Assembly (NCBI GenBank): GCA_034521815.1
Contig: JAXHLW010000013.1
Span: 160,001-224,000 of the forward strand
Source of the DNA: Trueperaceae bacterium
GTDB lineage: Bacteria > Deinococcota > Deinococci > Deinococcales > Trueperaceae
Direction of reading: 5' to 3'
DNA: 64,000 bases
Shown here piece by piece: positions 32,210 through 43,646 of this stretch. The notes beneath the pieces are model-generated. The model had not been told where the DNA came from. It searched no databases and worked only from the letters and a program-made list of their open reading frames with translations. The first letter of the stretch is position 1, and every line of letters begins with the position of its first letter. The position numbers and the translations under genes were made by a program.

Positions 32210-33748
32210 GTGATCGCTCCACCGACCGTCTCCGAGCGTCGCCCGTCCGAGCCTCGCTCCTCCGAGGCCGCGCTACCAGGCGCCGCCCATCCAGGCGCCG
32301 CCCATCCAGGCGCCGCGCCGCTGCGTCTGTCCGACGTGGTGTCCGCTCTGACGTACGCCCTCGACATCACCGAAGGCCAGCCGGAGGGGCACGCGCTTCG
32401 CTCGTGCGCGATCGGCATGGCGATCGGCGAACGGCTCGGACTGGACGCAGAGGGTCTGTCCGACCTGTACTACGCCCTGCTGCTCAAGGACCTCGGCTGC
32501 AGCAGCAACAGCGCGCGGTTGGCGGCGACGTTCGGCGCGGACGACCGGCGGGTCAAGCACGCGTACAAGCTCATCGACCTCGACCGGCCGCGCGACGGGC
32601 TCGGATTCGTGATCGGGAACGCCGGTTCGGCGGCACCGCCGCTGCAGCGACTCCGCCACGTCGTCGACGTCTCGCTGGGCCGCGGCGGCGGGCAGCGGGC
32701 GCTGACCGAGATCCGCTGCGAGCGCGGCGCCGACATCGCCCGTGAGCTCGGGTTCTCGGCCGTCACCAGCGAGGCGATCCGCGCCCTGGACGAGCACTGG
32801 GACGGAGGCGGACATCCGTACCGGCTCGAGGGCGACGCGATTCCCCTGGCGGGCCGGATCCTGTGCCTGGCACAGACCGTCGAGGTGTTCGCGCAGGCGC
32901 ACGGGCCGGAGGCGGCCATGGAGGTGGCGCGGCGACGGTCCGGGCGTTGGTTCGACCCCGCCGTGGTGGCCGCGTTGGGCGAGGCGGCAGGCGAGGCGGG
33001 CTTCTGGGAGGGGCTGTCGCCCGACGGTCTGGAAGCCCGCGTGCGGGCGGCGGAGCCGGTGAGCCGAATGGTGCACGCCGACGCGGACCGTTTGGACCGC
33101 GTCGCCGCCGCGTTCGCCCGCGTGATCGACGCCAAGTCGCCGTGGACGTTCCGCCACTCGGAGCGCGTGCGGGCGTTCGCGCTGGGCATCGCGGAGGAGC
33201 TGGGGCTGCCCCCGGAGCGTCGCCCCGACCTGTCGCGTGCGGCGCTGCTGCACGACCTTGGCAAGCTGGGCGTGCCCAACCTGATTCTGGACAAGCCCGG
33301 CCGGCTGAGCGAGGACGAGTTCGCGGTGATCCGCCGGCATCCGGCCGACAGCCAGCGGATCCTCGAGCGCGTGGGACCGTTCCGGGTCTTCGCCGAGGTG
33401 GCGGGCGCGCACCACGAGCGCATGGACGGCCGTGGCTACCACGGAGCGCGCCGTGCCGGGGAGCTACCGCTGGAGGCACGGATCCTGGCGACGGCCGATC
33501 CGTTCGAAGCGCTCACGGCGTCGCGCCCCTACCGCGATGGGATGTCGACCGAGGAGGCGCTCGGACTCCTGCGCCGCGACGTCGGCGCGGGCGTCGACCA
33601 GGCCTGCCTGGCGGCGCTCGAGGGGTTCCTCGCCACCTCGGCAGGCGCGGAGCTGCTCGCCTCGGCCGAGGTGCCCACGACGGTTGGGCCAACGGCGTCT
33701 CCCGGTCAGTCGCCGTCGATGTCCAGCGGAGGCGCCGCCTCGCGGTAG
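32210..33748 (+). CDS. Double-domain HD-GYP phosphodiesterase
   Basis: LLKDLGC, EHWDGGG; second domain HSERV, LLHDLGK, HHERMDGRGY, RPYR. Confidence 0.88.
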   Translation: MIAPPTVSERRPSEPRSSEAALPGAAHPGAAHPGAAPLRLSDVVSALTYALDITEGQPEGHALRSCAIGMAIGERLGLDAEGLSDLYYALLLKDLGCSSNSARLAATFGADDRRVKHAYKLIDLDRPRDGLGFVIGNAGSAAPPLQRLRHVVDVSLGRGGGQRALTEIRCERGADIARELGFSAVTSEAIRALDEHWDGGGHPYRLEGDAIPLAGRILCLAQTVEVFAQAHGPEAAMEVARRRSGRWFDPAVVAALGEAAGEAGFWEGLSPDGLEARVRAAEPVSRMVHADADRLDRVAAAFARVIDAKSPWTFRHSERVRAFALGIAEELGLPPERRPDLSRAALLHDLGKLGVPNLILDKPGRLSEDEFAVIRRHPADSQRILERVGPFRVFAEVAGAHHERMDGRGYHGARRAGELPLEARILATADPFEALTASRPYRDGMSTEEALGLLRRDVGAGVDQACLAALEGFLATSAGAELLASAEVPTTVGPTASPGQSPSMSSGGAASR

Positions 33749-35178
33749 CGGGCGTACCCCTCGCGGTACGCGTCGGACGGCCGAGGCGCCAGCCAGCGCT
33801 CGACCTCGGGAGTGGGCACGGACGCGCCGCGGGACCGCCAGGCCAACGCCGCAGCGCCGTGCGCGGCGCCGGGCACGCTCTCGGGCACGCCGATCTCGAC
33901 CTCGAGCACGTCGGCCACCATCTGGATCCAGGTGTCGCCGCGGGCGCCGCCGCCGGTGGCGATCAGCCGCGGCGGCACGCCCAGGGGGCGCATGACCGAC
34001 CACACGTCGGCCAGGCTGAACGCCACCCCCTCGAGCACCGCGCGGACCAGGTCGTCCGGCTCGGTCGCCAGGCTCAGGCCGGCGAAGCCGCCGCGCAGGT
34101 CGGGGTCGAGGAAGGGGCTGCGCTCGCCCGCCAGGAACGGCGTGAAGGTGACGCCTCCCGCGCCCACGGGCCGCTCCGCCGCCCGCGCGACGCGCTGGCC
34201 CACGTCGTCGCCGGGCGCCAACACGTTCAGCCACCAGGCCAGGCTGCCGGCCGCGGCGAGGGTCACGCCCAAACGCAGCCAGGAGCCGTCGGCGTGCGCG
34301 AAGAGGTGGATGCGGCCCTGCGGGTCGGGCGTCGGTCCGTCCGCCGGCACCATCAGCACGCCGGAGGTGCCCAGGCTCACCGAGCCCAGGTCCGGCGCGT
34401 CGCGCCCCAAGCCCAGCGCGGTCGCCGCCGCGGCGTTGTCGCCCGCCCCGGCCACGACGGGCGTGCCGGGCCGAAGTCCGGTGGCTTCCGCCGCGGTATC
34501 GGTCACGGTGCCGACGACGGCGTCGGAGGCGACGACGGGCGGGAACAGCGCCGGGTCGAGGTCGAGGCGACGCAGCAGCTCCTCGTCCCAGCTCCCGCTG
34601 GCCACGGCGAACGCGCCGGAGCCGCTGGCGTCGCTGGGCTCGGCGCGTGCCTCGCCGGTCAGGCGGTAGCCGATCCAGTCCTTGGGGAACAGCACGGTGC
34701 GAACCCGAGCGAAGCGCTCCGGCTCATGGTCGCGGAGCCACAGCAGCTTGGGCAGCTGGAAGCCGGTGACGGCGGGATTGCCGGTGCGGCGCACCAGCTC
34801 GGCGCGCGGCACGGCGTTCTCGATGGCGGCGACCTGCTCGCCGGTGCGCTGGTCGTTCCAGAGCAGGGCCGGACGGACCGGCCGGCCGGCCTCGTCCAGG
34901 GCCACCATGCCGTGCATCTGCCCGGCGGCGGCGACCGCCTCGACCCGGTCCGGTCCCACCTGGGCGACCAGCTCGCGCAACGCGCTGGCGGCCGCCTCCC
35001 ACCAGGCGTCCGGCTCCTGCTCGGTCCAGCCGGGGTGCGGCGTGAGCAGGGGGTAGTCTCCGTGCGCCTCGGCCACCACGCGGCCGTCGGCCGTCTGCGC
35101 GACCGCCTTCAGGCCGCTGGTGCCGACGTCGAGGCCGATCGTCACGCCGTCTCTCGTCACGCCGTCCCGGCTCGCCAT
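33706..35178 (-). CDS. xylB: Xylulokinase
   Basis: GLDVGTSGLK, GQMHG, LLWNDQRT, GAGDNAAA, LGTSG, PFLAGERSP, GGGAR; adjacent to xylA. Confidence 0.94.
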   Translation of the reverse strand: MASRDGVTRDGVTIGLDVGTSGLKAVAQTADGRVVAEAHGDYPLLTPHPGWTEQEPDAWWEAAASALRELVAQVGPDRVEAVAAAGQMHGMVALDEAGRPVRPALLWNDQRTGEQVAAIENAVPRAELVRRTGNPAVTGFQLPKLLWLRDHEPERFARVRTVLFPKDWIGYRLTGEARAEPSDASGSGAFAVASGSWDEELLRRLDLDPALFPPVVASDAVVGTVTDTAAEATGLRPGTPVVAGAGDNAAAATALGLGRDAPDLGSVSLGTSGVLMVPADGPTPDPQGRIHLFAHADGSWLRLGVTLAAAGSLAWWLNVLAPGDDVGQRVARAAERPVGAGGVTFTPFLAGERSPFLDPDLRGGFAGLSLATEPDDLVRAVLEGVAFSLADVWSVMRPLGVPPRLIATGGGARGDTWIQMVADVLEVEIGVPESVPGAAHGAAALAWRSRGASVPTPEVERWLAPRPSDAYREGYARYREAAPPLDIDGD

Positions 35179-35180
35179 GC

Positions 35181-36365
35181 TCAGTCCACCCCCAGCAGGA
35201 TCTCGATCACGCGCTGATCGATCCGCTCCAGTCCGGGGCCGCGGGTGCGCAGCTCGTCGAGCGGCAGCTCGCGAGCCTTGAGCGCCGCGGCGTTCTCCGG
35301 GTCGTAACGCATCAGCCGTTCGAGCTCCGGGTCGCTCACGCGGTACGCCGACAGCGCGGCTTGGAGCTCGCTGTCCTGCTTCAGTCGCGCGGCCTTCTCG
35401 GCCAGGATCTTGTACGTCCGCATGCAGCCGGCCGCGAACGTCCAGACGCCGTCTGCGTCCTCGGTGCGGAGCGCGTGCGCGTCGAAGTGCTTGGGTCCCT
35501 GGTAGCCGTGCTCCTCGAGCAGCGCGACGGTCATCAGCGCGGCCTTCGGATTCTCGGCCCCGAACCGCAGGTCCTGGTCGAACCGGCTCATCTTCTGGTC
35601 GTTCAGGTCGATGTGGAACAGCTTGCCGGCGTCGATCGCTTGCGCCACGGCGTGCGGGAACGACAGCCCGGCCATCGTCTCGTGCGCGAACTCGGGGTTC
35701 ACGCCGAAGCGGTCCGGGTCGTCCAGCGTGGCGATGAAGCCCAGCAGGCTGCCGACGGTAGGCAGGAACAGGTCGCCTCGCGGCTCGTTGGGCTTCGGCT
35801 CCAGCGCGAAACGAAGCTCGTAGCCCTGATCGGTCGCGTAGGCGGCCAGGTAGTTCAGGGCGTCGCGGAACCAGGCGAGGGCGTCGGTCAGCTTGCCGGC
35901 GCCGTCCACCTCGGCGCCCTCGCGGCCGCCCCAGAACACGTACGTCGTGGCGCCCAGCTCCACACCGAGGTCCATGGCGCGCATCGTCTTCTGCAGCGCG
36001 TAGGCGCGGACGCGGGCGTCGGCGCTGGTGAACGCGCCGTCCTTGAACGCCGGGTCGCCGAACAGGTTCGTCGTGGCCATCGGAACGACCATGCCGGTCT
36101 CGTCCAGGGCGGCCTTGAAGCGAGCGACGATGCGGTCGCGTTCCGAGGCGCCAGAGCCGCGCGGGACCAGGTCGTCGTCGTGGAAGTTCACGCCCCAGGC
36201 GCCCAGCTGGGCCAGGCGGTGGACGCTTTCGACCGGATCCAGCGCGGGCCGCGTCGGCTCGCCGAACGGGTCGCGCCCGACGTTGCCGACCGTCCACAGC
36301 CCGAAGCTGAACCGGTCTTCGCGGGTGGGTGCGTAGCGGTCGGGGCTCATGTGCTCGGGACTCAT
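35181..36365 (-). CDS. xylA: Xylose isomerase (class I, Streptomyces/Thermus type)
   Basis: [55 protein letters not shown] 36365 overlaps the upstream stop. Confidence 0.96.
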   Translation of the reverse strand: MSPEHMSPDRYAPTREDRFSFGLWTVGNVGRDPFGEPTRPALDPVESVHRLAQLGAWGVNFHDDDLVPRGSGASERDRIVARFKAALDETGMVVPMATTNLFGDPAFKDGAFTSADARVRAYALQKTMRAMDLGVELGATTYVFWGGREGAEVDGAGKLTDALAWFRDALNYLAAYATDQGYELRFALEPKPNEPRGDLFLPTVGSLLGFIATLDDPDRFGVNPEFAHETMAGLSFPHAVAQAIDAGKLFHIDLNDQKMSRFDQDLRFGAENPKAALMTVALLEEHGYQGPKHFDAHALRTEDADGVWTFAAGCMRTYKILAEKAARLKQDSELQAALSAYRVSDPELERLMRYDPENAAALKARELPLDELRTRGPGLERIDQRVIEILLGVD

Positions 36366-37510
36366 GTGCTCGGAACCGTGGGGAACGGTGTCCACTTGGC
36401 GTCGGAGCGGGAGCTCGCGACGGTCGTCTCGATGAAGCGCACGCCGCGCGCGCCGTCCGAGGCCGTGGGATGGTCGCCGTCCTGGCCGCGGATCGAGGCG
36501 GCCACGCCGCCGTACACGTTCGCGAACGCCTCGAAGAACCCCTCGGGGTGGCCCGGCGGAATGCGGGCGGCCGCCAGGGCGTCGTCGTGGAGCCCGGGAC
36601 CGTTGCGGGTGTAGACCTTGCGCGGCTCGTCGTTGCTGGTCATGACCAGCTCGTTGGGCTGCTCCTGGCGCCAGCTCAGGCCGGCCTTGGTGCCGTACAC
36701 GCGCAGGCGCAGGTCGTTCTCCTCGCCCACTTCGACCTGAGAGGCGATGAGGACGCCGCGAGCGCCGCCCTTGAAGCGGAGCAGCATGTTGCCGTCGTCG
36801 TCCAGCTGGCGGCCCCCTACGAAGGTGGTCAGGTCGGCGCAGATCGCCTCGATCTCGAGCCCCGTGACGGTGGCGACGAGGTTCTCCGCGTGGCTGCCGA
36901 TGTCGCCGATCGCTCCGGCGATGCCGCTACGCGACGGGTCGGTGCGCCACTCGGCCTGCTTGACCTTCTCCTCCTCGAGCTTCTTCGCCAGCCAGCCCTG
37001 GTTGTACTCGACGATCACCTTGCGGATCTCGCCCAGCTCGCCGCCTCGGACCATGGCGCGGGCCTGCCGCACCATCGGGTAGCCGGTGTAGTTGTAGGTC
37101 ACGCCGAACACCACGCCGGCGTCGCGCGCCGTGGCGACGAGGTCGTCCGCTTCGGCGCTGGACAGCGCCAGCGGCTTGTCGCAGATCACGTGGAACCCGG
37201 CGGCCGCGAACGCCTTGGCGACGGGGTGGTGCACATGGTTGGGGGTGACGACCGACACCGCCTCGATCCGCTCGCTTTCGGGCAGCGCCTTCTCGGCGTC
37301 GAGCATCTCTTCCCAGCTGCCGTACACGCGCGGCAGGCCCAGCGCCTCGCCCGACGCCCGTGCCTTTTCGGGGGTGGAGGAGAGCGCGCCGGCGACGAGC
37401 TCGTAGGTGCCGTCCAGGCGCGCGGCGATGCGGTGCACGCCGCCGATGAACGCGTCCTTGCCGCCACCGACCATGCCCAGGCGGATGGGGGTCGCAGGCT
37501 CGCGGATCAT
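36362..37510 (-). CDS. Gfo/Idh/MocA family oxidoreductase
   Basis: [39 protein letters not shown]. Confidence 0.9.
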   Translation of the reverse strand: MIREPATPIRLGMVGGGKDAFIGGVHRIAARLDGTYELVAGALSSTPEKARASGEALGLPRVYGSWEEMLDAEKALPESERIEAVSVVTPNHVHHPVAKAFAAAGFHVICDKPLALSSAEADDLVATARDAGVVFGVTYNYTGYPMVRQARAMVRGGELGEIRKVIVEYNQGWLAKKLEEEKVKQAEWRTDPSRSGIAGAIGDIGSHAENLVATVTGLEIEAICADLTTFVGGRQLDDDGNMLLRFKGGARGVLIASQVEVGEENDLRLRVYGTKAGLSWRQEQPNELVMTSNDEPRKVYTRNGPGLHDDALAAARIPPGHPEGFFEAFANVYGGVAASIRGQDGDHPTASDGARGVRFIETTVASSRSDAKWTPFPTVPST

Positions 37511-38514
37511 GACTCGTCCTTCGCGAACGCGGCGTCGAACGCGCCCTCGGCGGGAGCGAAGTCGATGCTTCGCGTGAACGCGGCGGATTCCGTGGCGCCG
37601 TGCACCCGGTCCATCCGACCGTCTTCCCACTCGACCGACAGCGGGCCCTGGTAGCCGATGTCGTTCAGCGCGACGATGATCTCCTCGAAGTCCACGTCGC
37701 CGCGGCCCACGCTGCGGAAGTCCCAGAAGCGGCGGGGGTCGCCGAAGGAGGTGTGGCCGCCGAACACGCCGGCGCGGCCGTCGCCCCGGCCCCACCAGAC
37801 GTCCTTCATGTGGACGTGATGGATGCGGTCCGCGAAGTCGCGGATGAAGCGGACGTAGTCGACGCCCTGGTAGGCGAGGTGGCTGGGGTCGTAGTTGAAC
37901 CCGAATCGGGGGTGGTGGCCGATCGCGTCCAGCGCCCGCTCGGCGCTGGCGATGTCGAACGCGATCTCGGTCGGGTGCACCTCGAGCGCGAAGTTCACGC
38001 CCACCTCGTCGAACGCGTCCATGATCGGTCCGAAGCGCTGGGCGAAGTCGTCGTACCCCTTCTGCCAGTAGTCCTGACTGGTGGGGGGGAAGGCGTACAG
38101 GGCGTGCCAGATGGAGCTTCCGGTGAAGCCGGTGACGACGTCGACGCCGAGGGCCTTGGCGGCCCGCGCGGTGGTCTTCATCTCCTCGGCCGCGCGCTGG
38201 CGGACGCCTTCGGGGTCGCCGTCGCCCCAGACGCGGCCTGGGAGGACGGCGGCGTGGCGCTCGTCGATGCGGTCGCACACCGCTTGGCCCAGCAGGTGGT
38301 TCCCGATCGCGTGCAGCGACAGGTCGTGCTTCGCGAGCAGGTCGCGTCGGCCGCGCGCGTAGGCGGGGTCGTCCGCGGCCTGCACCACGTCGACGTGGTC
38401 GCCCCAGCAGGCGAGCTCCAAGCCGTCGTAGCCCATTTCCTGGGCCAGCGGCGCGAGCTCGGCCAGGGGCATGTCGGCCCATTGGCCGGTGAACAGCGTG
38501 ACGGGTCGTGGCAT
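37507..38514 (-). CDS. Sugar phosphate isomerase/epimerase (AP endonuclease 2 TIM barrel)
   Basis: [37 protein letters not shown]. Confidence 0.9.
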   Translation of the reverse strand: MPRPVTLFTGQWADMPLAELAPLAQEMGYDGLELACWGDHVDVVQAADDPAYARGRRDLLAKHDLSLHAIGNHLLGQAVCDRIDERHAAVLPGRVWGDGDPEGVRQRAAEEMKTTARAAKALGVDVVTGFTGSSIWHALYAFPPTSQDYWQKGYDDFAQRFGPIMDAFDEVGVNFALEVHPTEIAFDIASAERALDAIGHHPRFGFNYDPSHLAYQGVDYVRFIRDFADRIHHVHMKDVWWGRGDGRAGVFGGHTSFGDPRRFWDFRSVGRGDVDFEEIIVALNDIGYQGPLSVEWEDGRMDRVHGATESAAFTRSIDFAPAEGAFDAAFAKDES

Positions 38515-38571
38515 GGGACTCCTTTCAAGAAGGAGGGCGGCCCCGGAGGGCCGCCCGATTGCCGGAGTCGT

Positions 38572-39513
38572 TCAGAACGCCGCGTCGGGGAAGTAGTACT
38601 GCTCGGCGTTCTCTTCGGTGATCAGCGTGGCGTCCAGGATGTACTCGCCCAGCACCGGCACGTCGCTGACGTAGTGCAGAGCGGTGACTTCCATCGCGGT
38701 CGCGATCATGGACGGGGGGTAGAGGACGTCGACCGGAACGAGGTCGTCGCCTTCCATGACCCGGCGGATCATCTCCTTCATGCCGGCGCCGCCGACGATG
38801 AACACCTCGTCGCTACGGCCCGCCTGCTCGAGCGCGGCGATCACGCCGACCGTGATGTCGTCGTCCTGCGCCCAGATGGCGTCGATGTCGTCGAAGCGTG
38901 ACAGGAAGTCCTGCATCACTTCGAAGCCGTCGTCGCGGTTCCAGTTCGCGTACTCGGACGCCAGAACCTCGATGTTCGTGTCCTCGAGGACCTCCATGCA
39001 GCCGTCGAAGCGCTGGTTGTCGATCACGGTCGGAATGCCGCGGAGGATCACGATGTTGCCTTCGCCGTTCAGGCGCTCCGAGATGTACTCGCAGCTGACC
39101 TGGCCCATCTGCGGGTTGTTGCCCGCGACGTAGATGTCACGGATGGTCGGGTCGATCAGACCGCGATCGACGACCGTCACGAACACGCCCTGGTCCGCGA
39201 CCTGCGCGACGGGAGCGGTCAGCGGGTCGGATTCGAACGGCAGGATCACGAGGGCGTCGATCTGGTCGATCGCGACCATGTCCTGCAGGTCGTTGGCCTG
39301 CTCGGAGGCGCTCCCGGCGGAGTTGATCACGATGTCGAGGTTCGGGTAGCGGGCTTCGAGGTCGGCTTCGGTCCGTTCGGCCCACCAGTTCACGCCGCCG
39401 GTCCAGCCGTGCGTGGCGGCGGGGATCGAGACGCCGATGGTGACGGCGTCGTCTTGGGCGAACGCGAACGTCGCGGCGAGCAGAGCGGCGATGGGGATCA
39501 GGATGCGCTTCAT
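38572..39513 (-). CDS. Sugar ABC transporter substrate-binding protein
   Basis: Signal peptide, ATHGW, VDR, ANWNRDDG, WAQDDD. Confidence 0.92.
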   Translation of the reverse strand: MKRILIPIAALLAATFAFAQDDAVTIGVSIPAATHGWTGGVNWWAERTEADLEARYPNLDIVINSAGSASEQANDLQDMVAIDQIDALVILPFESDPLTAPVAQVADQGVFVTVVDRGLIDPTIRDIYVAGNNPQMGQVSCEYISERLNGEGNIVILRGIPTVIDNQRFDGCMEVLEDTNIEVLASEYANWNRDDGFEVMQDFLSRFDDIDAIWAQDDDITVGVIAALEQAGRSDEVFIVGGAGMKEMIRRVMEGDDLVPVDVLYPPSMIATAMEVTALHYVSDVPVLGEYILDATLITEENAEQYYFPDAAF

Positions 39514-39597
39514 GAGGCCTCCTTGCGAGGTCGGGAAGAACGTGGGTCGTCAATCTCGGTCGGTCGTGCCTGCATCGATGGGGTGCATCACCCCCCT

Positions 39598-40596
39598 TCA
39601 GCGGCTCTTGCCGCGCTGGAGCAGGACGGCGAGGATGATGATCACGCCCTGCACCGCTTGGTTGAGGTAGTTGCTGATCACGTCGGTGAGGTTCAGGACG
39701 TTGCCGATGGTGGACAAGAGGATCGCGCCGACGATCGTGCCCCAGACGTGGCCCGATCCGCCCTTGAGCGCGGTCCCGCCGATGATCACGGCGGCGATCG
39801 CTTCGAGCTCCCAAAGCACGCCGGTCGAGCCGGACGCCGAGCCGAGGCGCGGCACGTAGATGATGACCGCCAGCGCGACGGCGAAGCCTTGGATCACGTA
39901 GGTCATCGTCTTGATGCGCTGCACGCGGATCGCCGAGTAGCGTGCGACGTCCTCGTTGCTGCCGATCGCGAACACGTAGCGGCCGAAGCGCGTCCGGTGC
40001 AGCACCAGCGCGCCCACGCCGGCGACGATCGCGAAGATCCAGATCGGCCACGGCACGCCGAGGAACGATCCGTAGTAGATCGGCCGCGCGACGTTGCGCA
40101 GCGCGAAGTCCAGCGAGATCGTGCCGCCGTCGGCCAGGTAGGTGACCAGCGAACGGAAGATCCCGAGCGTGCCCAGCGTGACGATGAACGGCTCGATCCG
40201 CCCGCGCGTGATGGTCACGCCGTTGAACGTGCCCGCCGCCAGTCCCAGGACCAGCGCGAACACGATGCCCAGGCCCAGCACGGCCAGCGGCGGCAGCCCC
40301 GTCGCGATCATCGCGTTCATGAACAGGATCATGGCGCCCGCCACGAACGCCGCCATGGAGCCGACCGACAGGTCGATGCCGCCGGCGATGATCACGAACG
40401 TCGAGCCGACCGCGATGATGCCGATGAAGGCGCTGCGGGTGAGCACGTTGAAGATGTTGGTGGACGAGAGGAACGCCGGGTTCATCAGCGAGCCCACGAT
40501 CACCAGCGCGACCAGTCCCAAAAGCGGGGTGAGGGTCTGCCAGGGAATCCGCCGCTTGCGGCGCGCGGGGGCGGTGGCGTCAGGCGGCGTGGTCAT
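39598..40596 (-). CDS. Sugar ABC transporter permease
   Basis: [30 protein letters not shown]. Confidence 0.94.
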   Translation of the reverse strand: MTTPPDATAPARRKRRIPWQTLTPLLGLVALVIVGSLMNPAFLSSTNIFNVLTRSAFIGIIAVGSTFVIIAGGIDLSVGSMAAFVAGAMILFMNAMIATGLPPLAVLGLGIVFALVLGLAAGTFNGVTITRGRIEPFIVTLGTLGIFRSLVTYLADGGTISLDFALRNVARPIYYGSFLGVPWPIWIFAIVAGVGALVLHRTRFGRYVFAIGSNEDVARYSAIRVQRIKTMTYVIQGFAVALAVIIYVPRLGSASGSTGVLWELEAIAAVIIGGTALKGGSGHVWGTIVGAILLSTIGNVLNLTDVISNYLNQAVQGVIIILAVLLQRGKSR

Positions 40597-42130
40597 GGAG
40601 GTCCCCCTGCTGCTTGAGTCCGGTCGCGTACTGCACGATCTCGTTCTCGTCGATGTCGTCGCCTTCCAGGATGCCGGTGATCCGTCCCGACCGCATGACG
40701 GCCACGCGGTGACTGAGACCGATGATCTCCGGCAGCTCGCTGCTGATCACGATCACGGCGATGCCGCTCTGGGCCAGCTGATGGATCAGGAAGTAGATCT
40801 CGCGCTTCGTGCCGACGTCGATCCCGCGGGTGGGCTCGTCCAGGATCAGGATCCGGGGGTCGCCCAGCAGGATCTTGGCGACGACCAGCTTCTGCTGATT
40901 GCCGCCGGAGAGCTCTCCAGCGCGGGCGTCGAGGCGGCCGACGCGGATGTCGTAGCGATCGACGGCTTCGCGGAGGGCGGCGCGCTCGGCGGGCCGGTCG
41001 ATCAACGGATGCGCGAACCTCTCCAGCGCCTGCAGGGTGAGGTTCTCGTCGAGCCGCATCTCGGTGACGAGTCCCTTGCCCTTGCGGTCCTCCGTCAGGT
41101 AGGCGATGCCGGCGCGGTGCGCATCCTCGGGCGTGCGAATCTCGAGCGGCTTGCCGTCGAGCTCGATGCGGCCGCTCGCGGCACGGATCCCGATCAGGCC
41201 TTCGAACAGCTCGGTGCGGCCCGCCCCGACCAGGCCCGCGAAGCCGAGCACCTCGCCGCGGCGAAGGTCGAAACTCGCGTTCTGGACGCGGTCCTCGACG
41301 TCGAGGTCGGTGACGCGGAGCACGACGGGCTCGTCGGGGACGAGCGTCTTGCCTGGGTACATGTCGGTCAGCTCGCGACCGACCATCAGCCGCGCCATCT
41401 TGGCCTGGTCGAGCTCCGAGATGGCGTGCGTGGCGACGTGATCGCCGTCGCGCAGGATCGTCACCCGGTCGGCGATCCGCTCGATCTCGTCGAGCTTGTG
41501 CGACACGTACACGATGGCGACCCCTTGGTCGCGCAGCCGCCGGATCAGCGTGAACAGAACCTCGGTCTCGGACCCCGTGAGGACGTCGGTGGGCTCGTCC
41601 ATGAACAGCACGCGCGCGTCGCGGGCGACCGCCTTGGCGATCTCGACCATCTGCTGATCCGACACGCCGAGACGACCGACGGGCACGCGCAGGTCGACGT
41701 TGGTGTCGAGCTGCTCCAGCAGCTCGCGCGCCTCCCGCTCCATGCGGGCGCGGTCCAGCAGGCCGCGGCGGGTGGGCTCTCGCCCTAGGAAGATGTTCGC
41801 GGCGGCGCCGAGATCCTCGACCAGCGCGAACTCCTGATGGATCAGCACGACGCCCGCGGCCTCGGCCTCGCCGCTGTCGCGGAAGCGGACCTCGGCCCCG
41901 TCGAGCAGCACCGTGCCCGCGTCGGCCAGGAGGTACCCGGACAGGCACTTCATCATGGTCGACTTGCCGGCACCGTTCTCTCCGAGCAGCGCGTGGACCT
42001 CGCCGGGACGGACGTCGAAGTCGATCCCGTGGAGGACCTCGATCGGCCCGAACGACTTCGCGAGGCCGTGCGTGCGGAGGATCGGTGCGGGTTCCGTCGC
42101 AGGTTGCGTCGCAGGTTCCGTCGCGGTCAT
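40580..42130 (-). CDS. Sugar ABC transporter ATP-binding protein (duplicated ATPase)
   Basis: [31 protein letters not shown]. Confidence 0.95.
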   Translation of the reverse strand: MTATEPATQPATEPAPILRTHGLAKSFGPIEVLHGIDFDVRPGEVHALLGENGAGKSTMMKCLSGYLLADAGTVLLDGAEVRFRDSGEAEAAGVVLIHQEFALVEDLGAAANIFLGREPTRRGLLDRARMEREARELLEQLDTNVDLRVPVGRLGVSDQQMVEIAKAVARDARVLFMDEPTDVLTGSETEVLFTLIRRLRDQGVAIVYVSHKLDEIERIADRVTILRDGDHVATHAISELDQAKMARLMVGRELTDMYPGKTLVPDEPVVLRVTDLDVEDRVQNASFDLRRGEVLGFAGLVGAGRTELFEGLIGIRAASGRIELDGKPLEIRTPEDAHRAGIAYLTEDRKGKGLVTEMRLDENLTLQALERFAHPLIDRPAERAALREAVDRYDIRVGRLDARAGELSGGNQQKLVVAKILLGDPRILILDEPTRGIDVGTKREIYFLIHQLAQSGIAVIVISSELPEIIGLSHRVAVMRSGRITGILEGDDIDENEIVQYATGLKQQGDLHDHAA

Positions 42131-42173
42131 CGCCTTCTCTCGAAGGGCGCAGCGCGTGGGCCGTCGCCCGGTG

Positions 42174-42228
42174 TTGAATTGACTGTCGAACTAATTAGGA
42201 GCATACTCGGATCGGAACGCTCCGTCAA
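42174..42228. promoter_or_regulatory. Overlapping divergent promoters with ROK-type operator
   Basis: Minus: TTGACG (42228-42223)-17-TATGCT (42205-42200). Plus: TTGACT (42179-42184)-17-CATACT (42202-42207). Minus-strand TTAGTTCGACAGTCAATTCAA (42194-42174) resembles XylR operators. Confidence 0.7.
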
Positions 42229-42270
42229 CGGTCGTTTCGCACCGCCCCGAGGACCGAGGAGGGAGGCGAG

Positions 42271-43461
42271 GTGCCCCGCTCGTCGCGCGTCAACCCCGCC
42301 CTGATCCGACAGCTCAACACCGCTCGCGTGTTCCACGCCGTCCGTCTCCACCCCGGCGTGTCGCAGCGCCGCGTGGCCGAGGTCACCGGCCTCGACAAGG
42401 CCACCGTCTCGACCGTCGTGTCCGCGCTGGTCGACGACGGCCTGCTGAGCCGGACGACGGTGGCCAGCGGCAAGCCCGGCCGACCCGAGCAAGCCCTGGT
42501 CATCGACCCGTCCGGCGGGCTGCTGGTCGGGGCCCGACTGGAGCCCAGCAGCGTACGACTGCTGGTCGCCACGCTGGCAGGCGAAGCGATCGCGACGCAC
42601 GACCGTCCTTCCGGCCGGGGTCCCGAGCAGGCGCTCGACGCCTTGGTCGCCGGCATCGACGAGCTCTTGGAGCGTTCCGGGCGAGCGTTCGACGAGGTCC
42701 GTGCGGTGGGCGTCGGGGTGCCCGCGCTGTTCGGCCGCGACGGATCGCTGGCGCTCGCTCCCAACCTCGATTGGCACGACGTGCCCGTCGGTCCGCACCT
42801 CGACGAGCGGCTGCCGGTGCCCGTCTACGTGGACAACGATACGAAAGCCGCCGGGCTGGCGGAGACCCTGTTCGGCTCGTGCCGAGACGTGGACGACTTC
42901 GTGTACATCGCGGGACACTCCGGCATCGGCGGGGCGCTCTACCTCGGAGGACGCCTCTACCGCGGCAGCGCCGGCTACGCCGGAGAGCTGGGCCACCTCA
43001 AGGTCCGCCGCGGCGGCCGACGGTGCGGCTGCGGCGCCCGTGGCTGCCTCGAGGCGTACGTGTCGGAGACGGCGCTGCTGACCGCGGCTCGCGAGGCCGG
43101 CCTGGAGGTGGCCGATCTGGAGGCGCTGGCCGCGGCGGACGCGGCGGACGACCCGGTCGCGCGCACCGTCCTGCACGAAGCCGGCGACGTGCTGGGCGAC
43201 GCCTGCGCGGACCTGATCAACCTGTTCAACCCCGAGCGGATCGTGCTGGGCGGCTCGTTCGCGACGGCTGCCGCCAGGATGCTTCCCTACGTCGAGGCGC
43301 GTCTGGACGCCTTCGCTCTGGAGCCGCCGCGCCGACGCTGCAAGGTGATGCTGTCCGCCTTCGGCGGCGAGGCCGTCACGATGGGCGGCGTCGCCCTGGC
43401 GCTCGAAGGATTCCTGTCGCTGCCCGGCTGGATGCTGGCCAGGGAGCTCCACCGACGCTGA
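42271..43461 (+). CDS. ROK family transcriptional regulator (XylR-like)
   Basis: N-terminal HTH (TGLDKATVS), GRP, DND, GELGH, CGCGARGCLE. Confidence 0.92.
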   Translation: MPRSSRVNPALIRQLNTARVFHAVRLHPGVSQRRVAEVTGLDKATVSTVVSALVDDGLLSRTTVASGKPGRPEQALVIDPSGGLLVGARLEPSSVRLLVATLAGEAIATHDRPSGRGPEQALDALVAGIDELLERSGRAFDEVRAVGVGVPALFGRDGSLALAPNLDWHDVPVGPHLDERLPVPVYVDNDTKAAGLAETLFGSCRDVDDFVYIAGHSGIGGALYLGGRLYRGSAGYAGELGHLKVRRGGRRCGCGARGCLEAYVSETALLTAAREAGLEVADLEALAAADAADDPVARTVLHEAGDVLGDACADLINLFNPERIVLGGSFATAAARMLPYVEARLDAFALEPPRRRCKVMLSAFGGEAVTMGGVALALEGFLSLPGWMLARELHRR

Positions 43462-43646
43462 GGCGGTGCTCGTCACGGGTCGTTTCCCCGCGTTCCTCCC
43501 TGCGCTCCTTCGCACCGCTCCTTCCCACCGCTTCCCGATGGCGGTAGCATCCCGCTTGGTCTCGCGCGGCGCCCAGGCCGCGCTCACGCCGACGCCCGAG
43601 GATCGACACGAGGAGCGACACGAGGAGCGACACGAGGAGCGAAACC

